A program made the position numbers and the translations under genes. DNA of 63,970 bases, counting the filler, from Squatina squatina (taxonomy: Eukaryota), in assembly GCA_031763465.1 (NCBI GenBank). It is 3 parts of 3 records of this genome, joined end to end, with 100 filler letters (N's around TTAATTAATTAA, not from the genome) between each part and the next. Parts side by side here need not be neighbours in the genome. Positions count along the whole stretch, not along the records: positions 51,245 to 63,970 come from JARFOE010000058.1; 2 more parts are not named here. The stretch is one strand, 5' to 3'. Positions 52,891 through 62,293 of this stretch are shown here, one piece after another. The notes below the pieces were generated by a model. It was not told where the DNA came from, searched no databases, and worked only from the letters and a program-made list of their open reading frames with translations. The first letter of the stretch is position 1; each line of letters starts with the position of its first letter.

Positions 52891-53106
52891 GTGACAAACA
52901 TGGCAGCAACCAATGGGAATGCAGAGTGACGCACACATGCAGCAGCCAAGGGGAAGGCAGTGACACATGGCAGTGGCCAATGGGAATGGGAAAAGCCCAG
53001 TCACCTGGATCCTTATACACAAACCAAAAAGGGAAGTACAGCCTTTGAAAAGGTCCAAAAGGGAAAATAATGAGGATAAATAATCATTAATGGTAGAGTT
53101 CAGTAC

Positions 53107-53240
53107 CTGTAGATCCCTCGGTCAAGATTCTCAATGAATTTGGCTCTATCTTCAACTGCACAGTGGTAATGGTACGTCTTGATGCAAGCTTTAATTTCAC
53201 AGCCAATGGTTGCACCTATTTGACTGCATAACGTACATTT
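53107..53240 (-). CDS. PHF6: PHD finger protein 6, exon in second ePHD (134 nt)
   Basis: [45 protein letters not shown] with AG/GT boundaries. Confidence 0.96.
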
Positions 53241-53996
53241 CTGAAATTTAGCAAACAAGCTAGAGTTATGAAAATAAATCATTGGTTACCCAAGTACTAC
53301 AAAAAGAACTTACTTCTAAGCTTCTCCCCCATTTCTACCACACCTCTCAAGACAGCCCACTAAACTGCTAAGAGCCCACAGTCTGGAACACTACCACAGC
53401 ACGCTCAGATCATTTCATGCTTACTGAATTGCTGGCATGACTTGTGCAAATAGTTATTCTATAATCGAATTAACTGTGTGTAATGCTAAAATACATTGGA
53501 AGCAAAACATTTTGATTACATGCTTGAAGAGGACAAAATTGCAGGGCTATTGGGAAAGAGCAGGGGAGTCGGATTAATTGGATCACTCTTTTAAAGAGCC
53601 AGCAGAAGCATGATGGGCCAAATGGCCTCCTTCTGTACTATATGATTCTCTGCTTATACCCAATATTACCAACACAGCAGCAACATGATCTGTGTCCGCT
53701 CAGAGTAAAATACACTGAACACAAACACAGGCTCGACGGGCCAAACGGCCTCCTTCTGTGCTGCAACCATTCTCTAATTCCATAGCATGAGCTTTGTCAA
53801 GTCAATGTAGTAATCAAACGCGGTTATTAATTTGTTGGTCAATGAAATGCATCATAAACTAAACGGCCAACATTCTGAAAAATACAAGATTTGGCAGTAA
53901 TTACTTTTAAAATGTTGGCTGAACAGAAACAAAGGCAACTAGTCAGAGTGTTAGTCCACATTACAAGTTTTGTACAAACTGCATTAAGATACAAAC

Positions 53997-54101
53997 CATT
54001 CTTTTGCCCCTTTTGATTTCTTGAATGACCGTTTTAATATCAAAATCACCAAAATCTTTTCTGGATGAAGTTGTGAGTTGGACAGTACCAGAAGAAAATA
54101 G
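53997..54101 (-). CDS. PHF6: PHD finger protein 6, preceding exon (105 nt; not in ORF track)
   Basis: [35 protein letters not shown] with boundaries tttcag| and |GTTTGT; splices in frame to 53240. Confidence 0.96.
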
Positions 54102-55881
54102 CTGAAATTAAAAACAAAATGTTTGTTAAAATATTGTGTCACATATGGCAATGTTTAACTAAAGATCTTTGGGGTGCGAGGGGAACAGACCCTGTTTTTA
54201 AAAGATTGCCGAAGTGCTTTTAGCTCTCAAGCAGTGGCATGAATCAGGTTGAAGATACCACAAAACAAAACACTGAGCCAACAGTTAAAGTTCTCTCACT
54301 CATCACTGCCGGGAAGTCCACCTCGAGACAGGAAGCAGTTTGAAGAGACATTCTCATCAGACTACACAGAATGTTTACGCTATTCCTAAAGATGGACAAA
54401 GTACTGTAAATGGACAAACAATATTGACTGTTCGCGTCAGGAATATTTCCACCATATGTAGATTCAAACCCAGGGATGCAAGGAGGGAGTGAAACCAAAT
54501 TTCTTTCCAAAAATTCTATTATGGAAGTTGGGTAGGATTGTAAATGTGGTAAGTCATTTAAATAAATACTTGAGGATTTCCTGTGGCTCATTTTGCTGCT
54601 ACAGTTTAACACATCACTGACTCACCCATCATTAACACAGCAAATGCAATGCAGCAATCCAATTGACTGGCCAGATACAAATATCAGAGCAGACGGCAGA
54701 AAGATACAGCCAGTCGTACAGCTATACTGAACACTGTGACTTTACAACGCATGCCAGTAACTGCAATTCTTACTTTGCCAAACATCAGTTATTTTACATA
54801 ATAGATGCTTTGCACCTCATATCCTCTGTAGAATTACATTTGCTTGAGATACAATTAATTTGAAGTTGCTTTACTTGAATGATCTAACGGGAAATGAAAA
54901 CAGATGCTCATTGAAAATTGGTTGGTGAATTCAAACTGATCCCAAATGGGTCACAAGAAATGAAATCTGCTGCTGAGCTCAAACCAACCCTGTGATGACC
55001 AGCAGGCACTTGGTGAGTGGCTGCCCTGCTCCCCTAGCTCACTGCACTGGACCAGTCACTGGAGACAGAGCCCTTTGAGAGAGAAATCAACAGCATGGCT
55101 AGCCAGAAGTGCCAGACCCCCCCCCACCACGGGGCCAAGTGCCAGACCCCCCCGCCCCGCCCACCACAATGGGCAGGGGAGGGTTGGGGTGATTAGAAAC
55201 TTAAAATCGCGTAATGTGACACCAACCCTTGCGTACGCGCATACCATTTTTTTTGGCGGCAGTTTGCATGGCGTGTGTGCGTCCTGCTCGCAAGGCGAGA
55301 CACCTCGTTATAATATTTAAATCAGGCTACCACAGTGTAGTTGGGAACCTGATTGCCATTTAATGCTGGCTGGCCGGCCGGCTGGGTTTCCCAGAGCTCA
55401 GGAAACCCGGAAGCTAAATGGAGGCGAGAGCACAACAGACGGGCAAGCAGCTAAGTGCTTTTTATAGAAATGCATGTGAGTCAGGAGGAGCAGGAGTGCT
55501 CTCTCTGGCTCTTCAAGCAAACCTTCTGCTGATTGCGGCCTCTCCTCACTACCGCGATTGGCCGACCACCCCCCACCCTCCCTTCAACCCGCAATATCTC
55601 CCTCCCNNNNNNNNNNNNNNNNNNNNNNNNNNNNNNNNNNNNNNNNNNNNNNNNNNNNNNNNNNNNNNNNNNNNNNNNNNNNNNNNNNNNNNNNNNNNNN
55701 NNNNNNACAGGTACAAACGCAAAATCTCCAAATTTAACACATGGGTTTATTTAGCATTTGGACCATGATCCCCCGGGAGTCATGGTGAATGGGAGCACTG
55801 AATCTGAAGGCAGGGGAAGCACCATTGTCAACCTAATTGTTAGGTTAGGGCTCCAAAGGATTGCCATTTCTATTCACTTAC

Positions 55882-56022
55882 CATACATCTGTGGTGTGCT
55901 GCCATCTTCTGGCTTTGGGCTACTAACAACTGGCCACAATGCTCCTCTTTATTTAATTTACAGAAAGCACATTTTGGTTGTCTTGAACCTCTTCTCTTCC
56001 CCTTGGAATCAGCCGCCATCAT
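55882..56022 (-). CDS. PHF6: PHD finger protein 6, first coding exon (not in ORF track)
   Basis: MMAADSKGKRRGSRQPKCAFCKLNKEEHCGQLLVAQSQKMAAHHRCM|GTAAGT versus human ..[34 protein letters not shown]; acceptor at 56046/56045. Confidence 0.93.
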
Positions 56023-56364
56023 TCAAATTGTCCTCAAACTGGAATCTTAAAAAAAGTAAATAGAAAAACAAGGAGTGAATGAATAGAATGGATTAGCAAG
56101 ATTAGTTGGAACAATTATAAGTTTTGCATTTACAATATCAGGCTAGTAAGTGCCTAGTTTTGAAAAGTTTAATTTAGTAAAATGGGGGAGAAATTCGTTG
56201 AATGGAAACTAGTATCAAGAAATGTCATCATGCTTAGTCAGTTTCCTGCAATGAATCTTAGTGTACATAACCTTTTTTTTACATATTGGAATGCATTTAA
56301 CAAAATCCAAGCAATTTAAAGCTCTGTGGAAATGCTGAGTTATCTTTTTAAAGGTTATAATTTA

Positions 56365-56548
56365 GAATCATAGAACGGTTACAGCACAGGAGGCCATTCG
56401 GCCCATGTTGGCTCTCTGCAAGAGCACCTCAGCTAGTCCCACACTCCCGCCCTTTCCCCGTGGCCGTGCAACTTTTTTCCCTTCAGGTACTTATCCAACT
56501 CCCTTTTGAAAACCGTGACTGAATCTGCCTCCATCTCCCTCTCAGGCA
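56365..56548 (-). mobile_element. CR1 3' end
   Basis: LPEREMEADSVTVFKRELDKYLK with a ttctatgattcta tail. Confidence 0.85.
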
Positions 56549-56668
56549 GCACTTTCCCGATCATAACCNNNNNNNNNNNNNNNNNNNNNNNNNNNNNNNN
56601 NNNNNNNNNNNNNNNNNNNNNNNNNNNNNNNNNNNNNNNNNNNNNNNNNNNNNNNNNNNNNNNNNNNN

Positions 56669-56740
56669 GTGCAAAAGTGCTTACAGTGCAGGTAGCAGAC
56701 TGCATCTACTGCAGTGCAAGCACTTCTTGCATTACCTTGG
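56669..56740 (+). ncRNA. MIR106A: pre-miR-106a (mature 5p 56673-56695); basal stem clipped by gap
   Basis: AAAAGTGCTTACAGTGCAGGTAG with a complementary 3' arm actgcagtgcaagcacttcttgc. Confidence 0.95.
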
Positions 56741-56846
56741 CAGATATGTTTAACTGCAACTAGCCCAGGCCTCCTAACCCCATCCTAACACTGCGCTGCT
56801 GTGTTACTTGCTTTGCGAGCCATGCATGCAGTTTGCTAACGTACCC

Positions 56847-56923
56847 CTTGTGTTAAGGTGCATCTAGTGCAGTTAGTGAAGTAGCTTAGAATCTACTGCC
56901 CTAAGTGCTCCTTCTGGCACAAG
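56847..56923 (+). ncRNA. MIR18B: pre-miR-18b (mature 5p 56854-56876)
   Basis: TAAGGTGCATCTAGTGCAGTTAG, loop tgaagtagcttagaatc and 3' arm tactgccctaagtgctccttctggc. Confidence 0.96.
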
Positions 56924-57686
56924 ATGCTACGCAGTCAGCCTGGTAATCCGACTTGGCACATCTTAAAGAATGTAAATTAAACTTTCTGTTGACAACTTAG
57001 GAGCACACTCACTGTTTAATGTGATTATTCTGCTTGTATCCTGTTCTGTAAATGACTTGGAAGTTTTGCTTTGAATTGAAGTGATTAGAGTTTAAGGACC
57101 AAGATGTGTTGCTTTGATTCTGTAGTTTATTGAATGTGAGCTGACAGTAATTCATGGCTGTGTGCAGCCTGTAAATGTTTGAGGTACTGTGGTACTGCAG
57201 TGATCTGAAGATAATCCATGAGCTGTACTTTTAAGAACTATACATGGGAATATTTTTAAAAAGTGGATCAATCTGTAGTGTAGTTTTAGCATAATTGCTA
57301 TGTCTCATGCACCATTTCTCAGCGTGAATCGCTGTGGGAATGCGTGGCTTCATGTATCCGGCCAATATTTAACCTGCGAGACAACCACGCTCCCACCAAT
57401 CTGCCACATGTTGGCAGGAAATCGGAGTTCTTGGCATGGTTAAGGTCGGAGTGTTCAGATCATGTGGGATGTGTTTACAGAACACTTGAATTCCCAAAGT
57501 AATTAGGGGGTGTCCTGTTAAAACACCCTTCAAATGTACAGAAAATGGGGGTCATGGTAAATTGAAGGGGCAACACCGACATAAGGCCAACCAAATCTTT
57601 GCCTCAGCCACATTATTAAGTCAAAGATGCCAACTTGCTTTCATTTGAAGATGTGCTTTAGTTGCAATTGCCTCAATGATACTCTT

Positions 57687-57768
57687 GCAACTCTCTGCTC
57701 GTTTTGCAGTTTTGTACTACAGGAAGAAGTGACCTGTGCAAATCTATGCAAAACTAGTAGGGAACTGT
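57687..57768 (+). ncRNA. Extra miR-19a-type pre-miRNA (mature 3p 57735-57757)
   Basis: TGTGCAAATCTATGCAAAACTAG with a pairing 5' arm ctctgctcgttttgcagttttgtac and a miR-19a-like loop ctacaggaagaa. Confidence 0.9.
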
Positions 57769-57887
57769 ACTGCTGCTTGCTGTTTACCTTGGCTGCTGCC
57801 CCTTTATCTGCTTAGCGGGCAACCTTCAGGTGCTTTCCTTTTCATTAGCATTTCTCTTTGACATCTACAGGAACGTCACCTGTCCAT

Positions 57888-57960
57888 GCAGTACCAAAGT
57901 GCTCATAGTGCAGGTAGTAGTGTATGAAATCTACTGTAATATGAGCACTTGTAGTCATGC
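57888..57960 (+). ncRNA. MIR20B: pre-miR-20b (mature 5p 57895-57917)
   Basis: CAAAGTGCTCATAGTGCAGGTAG with 3' arm actgtaatatgagcactt. Confidence 0.96.
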
Positions 57961-58012
57961 TAGACAAAAACACAGTGGTCTCAAGTGGTGGAGAGATGGA
58001 AATCTTCATTGG

Positions 58013-58103
58013 TTACTGTTTACAGTTAGTTTTGCAGGTTTGCATCCAGCTGTCAAAGTACCAGGTGCTGTGCAAATCCATGCAAAACTGACTGTTGCAG
58101 TGG
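58013..58103 (+). ncRNA. MIR19B2: pre-miR-19b-2 (mature 3p 58069-58091)
   Basis: TGTGCAAATCCATGCAAAACTGA with 5' arm agttttgcaggtttgcatccagc. Confidence 0.95.
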
Positions 58104-58178
58104 TTTCTGAAGAGCTGAAAGTTTATTTTACCCAATCAGTGATGGTACTTGTGGTGTGTTTCAACAATGTAGGCTGGT

Positions 58179-58255
58179 TTCTGCATGGGTGGGGATTTGT
58201 TGCATTGCTGGGTATTTTGTTAACAGTATTGCACTTGTCCCGGCCTGTGGAGGAA
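58179..58255 (+). ncRNA. MIR92A2: pre-miR-92a-2 (mature 3p 58227-58248)
   Basis: TATTGCACTTGTCCCGGCCTGT; the 5p arm GGGTGGGGATTTGTTGCATT is diagnostic of the 92a-2 paralog. Confidence 0.96.
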
Positions 58256-58338
58256 AAAAGGACTTGACGGCAAATGGACTGATTTTGTCAAATCTGCTAA
58301 GTGTTCCCCTCCTTTCAGGAGCCTTATCTCCCGTCGTC

Positions 58339-58421
58339 TTGCTGTTGTCGGGTGGATCACGATGCAATTTTGATTCTTTTTCTTTTGTAAAATTGCACGG
58401 TATCCATCTGTAATCCGCAAG
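58339..58421 (+). ncRNA. MIR363: pre-miR-363 (mature 3p 58391-58412)
   Basis: AATTGCACGGTATCCATCTGTA, with 5p arm CGGGTGGATCACGATGCAATTT. Confidence 0.97.
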
Positions 58422-59414
58422 ACATTTGCATGATAAAGCTAAATATTTTATGGTTTATTGTTGGCCTTTATTGTGACATTTAAAATAAAGGCTGACTAAC
58501 TTTTGGCAGTCTTATTAAAGATGGCAACTGGAGATCATTGTNNNNNNNNNNNNNNNNNNNNNNNNNNNNNNNNNNNNNNNNNNNNNNNNNNNNNNNNNNN
58601 NNNNNNNNNNNNNNNNNNNNNNNNNNNNNNNNNNNNNNNNNCTTGTTCTCCAAATTCCAAAACTTTGGAGTCTGCATACTGTAAAAGCATGAAAACCTGT
58701 CTTCATGAAATGTTAGCATTTAGTTGGCCTTTTCCTTCTCTCTTTGCTGGAAGTATGCAGCCCATCCTAATTCCACTGATGTGGCTGTGAAGGAAAAACA
58801 GCTTGAATTTAATAATTCTGTTTTCTTTGGTGTTTCTCAATCCTGCAGCTCAGACAGTGGTTTGGCACAGACAGATTGTTTTATAAACTGCTAAACTGTT
58901 CCAGAGAAGGATCATTGGACTTTGTTAATGACTGTTTTTGCTCCAGATGTCTGGGCTTGTGATGCCTCAACGTGGGTTATTACTGTACGCTGCAATCTAA
59001 CCGTGTGGCTTTAGAAATTGGACCACATCGTTTACATTCACTGCACTGTTTTCGGAAGCCTCTCCTTCCTGTTCTTTGGATGCAATTAAAGCCCCTTTCA
59101 TGAATTTTTATTAATGTTGGGCCTTTGGTGAAGGTCACTGAAGATGGGAAAGAATGTTTGGAAGTTTATCCAGTTATTTGGTGGCTGTGGGATATTTCAC
59201 TGACCACTCCTACAGAGTCCATATCCATTGACACGCCACTAATTTTAAATCATTGGTTTTGGACGTGGGGGGGCGGAGGGTAGAGAAGGGCGGAGAGGTG
59301 AAGGCTCCGTCTGCCTTTAGCAACCAAACTAGTTGGCCATGTGTGAATGTGTCAGCAGGACGTCCAACCACTGAGGGTGTCAAGCCCAACTCCATTCTTA
59401 AACCTTCAGCAGAA

Positions 59415-59823
59415 GCGTAGTGGTTATGTAGCTGGGCTAGTAACCCAGAGGCTTGGGCTAATAATCCAGAGACCATGAATTCAAATCCCACCATGGCAGT
59501 TTTAAGAATTTGAATTCAGTTTCTAAAATAATAAATTAACAAATCTGGAAATAAAATGCTGGTATCAGCAAAATTGATCATGCAGCTGTTAGATGGTCAT
59601 AGAAACCCACTGGTTCATTCATGTCCTTTTGGGGGAAGGAAACCTGCTGCCCTTACCCGGTCTGGCCTATGTAACTCCAGTCACACACCAATGGTTGATT
59701 CTGGACTACTTTCTGAGGTGCCATAGTAAGCCGCTCAGTTGTATCAAGCAAGAGAAGGACCACCACCACTTTCTTAGGGCACCTGGAGATGGGCAATAAA
59801 CACCCTGAGAATAAAAAAAAAAA
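59415..59823 (+). mobile_element. Near full-length tRNA-derived SINE
   Basis: A-box-like tagtggtta, B-box-like attcaaatccc, a 3' tail homologous to 26240-26335 and a terminal poly(A). Confidence 0.75.
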
Positions 59824-59934
59824 TGTTGGTCTGANNNNNNNNNNNNNNNNNNNNNNNNNNNNNNNNNNNNNNNNNNNNNNNNNNNNNNNNNNNNNNNNNN
59901 NNNNNNNNNNNNNNNNNNNNNNNNNNNNNNNNNN

Positions 59935-60235
59935 GCCTGCCTGGCCTGTACAGGGCCCACTTCCCCCAGAACTCGTCCCAATGTCCCAGGAATCTAAAGC
60001 CCTCCCTCCTGCACCATCTCTCCAGCCAAGCATTCATCTGCTCTATCCTCTTATTTGTATACTCACTAGCTCATGGCACTGGGAGCAATTCAGAGAGTAC
60101 TACCTTTCGAGGTCCTGCTTATTAATCTCTTTCCTAGCTCTCTAAAATCTACTTGCAGGACCTCATTCCCTCTTTCTACGTATATCATTGATACCGATAT
60201 GGACCACGACCCCTAGCTGTTCACCCGCCTCTCAC
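59935..60235 (-). mobile_element. CR1 ORF1 (SGNH esterase-like) fragment
   Basis: MNAWLERWCRREGFRFLGHWDEFWGKWALYR. Confidence 0.88.
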
Positions 60236-60292
60236 AATGTCCTGTTGTTGAAATGTGTAGAGATTTCCTGTACTTCCCATTTCTTTTTACAG

Positions 60293-60423
60293 ACGCGATG
60301 TTGATGGTTGCAGAGAGGTTGGAGGGACCATTCAACATTGAAACAGTCATGGACCCCATTGATGTCAAGATTTCTGATGCAATCATGAACATGCAGGAGA
60401 ACAGCATGCAGATCTCTGAAAAG
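60293..60423 (+). CDS. GPC4: Glypican-4 internal exon (131 nt)
   Basis: [44 protein letters not shown] with boundaries tttacag| and |GTACGT. GPC4 is preferred over GPC6 from the LMV/ISDA residues and PHF6/miR-106a synteny. Confidence 0.9.
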
Positions 60424-60724
60424 GTACGTTCATGATTTGGTGTCTGGGAGAATTAACCCTTTCTGCTTTTCCATTAAACCGGGGAATTTTCAGAATGTAG
60501 CGCATTTCACCCTTCTCTCAGACCCATGTAACTCCCAACAAGCTGAGCTCTGCAATAACACCAGCTTTTCCCAGGGCAATCTTTCTCTTTATTTTTTGTT
60601 AAAAGTATTTGAACATTTGAAGTTTAAAAAAAAGAATTATACCTGCATCATTCATTGTTAAATGTTGGCATCCGGGTCATTAACTGTTAAATGTTGGTAC
60701 CTGGGCCAAATTAGAACAGTCATT

Positions 60725-61195
60725 GGTCCAGATGGGGGATACATCCTAGGTTACTGTGGGAAGTAAGGGTGGAAATTGCAAAGGCTCTGGTCACAATCTT
60801 CCAATCCTCCTTAAATATGGGGGTGGTGCCAGAGGACCGGCAGATTGCAAATGTTTAATAAAGGGGAGGATAAACCCAGCAACAGCGGGGCAGTCAGCTT
60901 AATGTCGGTGGTGGGGGAACCTTTAGAAACAATAATCCAGGACAAAATTAATTGGCATTAAACAAGTGTGGGCCAATAAATGAAAGACAGCACGGCTTTG
61001 TTTGATCTAGTTCTTTGATGAAGTAATGGAGAGGGTTGGTGAGTGTAGTGCGGTTCATGCTGTGTTTATGGACTTTCAAAAAGCACTTGATAAAGTGCCA
61101 CATAATAGACTTGTTAGCAAAATTGATACCCATGGGATTAAATGGACAGCAGCAGCATGGATACAAAATTGGCTAAGGGACAGAAAGTAGAGTGT
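60725..61195 (+). mobile_element. CR1 RT N-terminal fragment, degraded
   Basis: GIHPRLL..IFQSSLNMGVVPED..MDFQKALDKVPHNRL. Confidence 0.88.
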
Positions 61196-61772
61196 NNNNN
61201 NNNNNNNNNNNNNNNNNNNNNNNNNNNNNNNNNNNNNNNNNNNNNNNNNNNNNNNNNNNNNNNNNNNNNNNNNNNNNNNNNNNNNNNNNNNNNNNAAAGT
61301 CACCCATGATTACTGTAGTACCCTTGTTCTATGATGTGTCCAATCAGTCATAATATTCCATTCCCCAGTACTGACATGCATCACTTCAACCAGCAGAAGA
61401 ATGTCTATCTCCTGAGGTCATCTGCAAAAAGTATACTTGTGATACCTGATACACTAACAAAATTCTGTGCTACCAATTAGCCGCACATCCTGCTACCCAA
61501 GATGGGAAAATTTACTAAACCTGTGGAGAGAGAGACTGACCACATCATCCATTTAGGCAGCCGGTTGAGGTGATTTGCTATGGGCATTCTTGAGCTAGAT
61601 AAAGGGTTTAGAGTTTACGTTTCGCTGGGTGGACACATATGCTGAAGCAATGAAGAACGTGGCTCGCTGTAACTGATGTGTTTGCTCCATTTTATTCAAC
61701 GGGTTTTTAGTAGACCAAGGAATCCCCAATGATCAATCTTATTGTTAATATGGGAATTTCTTTCTAATTCAG

Positions 61773-61906
61773 GTGACAGATGTAAAAGAAAAACTTAAGA
61801 AGGCAAAGAAGTTTTGGTCGAACCTCCCACACAACATGTGCAGTGGCAACAGCTCAGCAAGTGTCGTTGAACAGGACGAGTGTTGGAATGGAAGTGACAA
61901 GAGCAG
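61773..61906 (+). CDS. GPC4: Glypican-4 internal exon (134 nt; not in ORF track)
   Basis: [45 protein letters not shown] with boundaries ttcag| and |GTGAGA. Confidence 0.92.
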
Positions 61907-62065
61907 GTGAGAATTGAGGCAAATCATTGCAATTTTATACAGCAGTTTATACATTTTATTGTCCCAATACAGTGTTCAGCTAGTCCATGTGACACAAGTT
62001 AGAATAAATCAGGATGGAACTCCATCACTGAAGCTGCCTTTAAGAAGCTCAGTGACATGAAAGGC

Positions 62066-62293
62066 AAAAGCAAAATATTGTGGATGCTAGAATCTGAAAT
62101 AAACACAGAAAATGGTGGAAAATCTCAGCAGGTCAGGTGGGCAGTATCTGTGGAGAGAGAGAAAGAGTAAAGTTTTCAGGTCGATTACCTTTTTCCAGTT
62201 CTGACGAAGGGTCATTGACCTGAAACGTTTACTCTGTTTCTCTCTCCACAAATGCTGCCCTGCTGAGATTTTCCACCATTTTCTGTGTTTATT
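62066..62293 (+). mobile_element. Palindromic Penelope-derived repeat with hammerhead-ribozyme motif
   Basis: Inverted arms 62098-62132 and 62259-62293; CTGACGA-a-GGGTC-att-GACCT-GAAACGTT at 62201-62229. Confidence 0.75.

Noticed and set aside
57627-58420. Several 60-145 aa ORFs
   Set aside because: They overlap the miRNA hairpins and show no coding signature.
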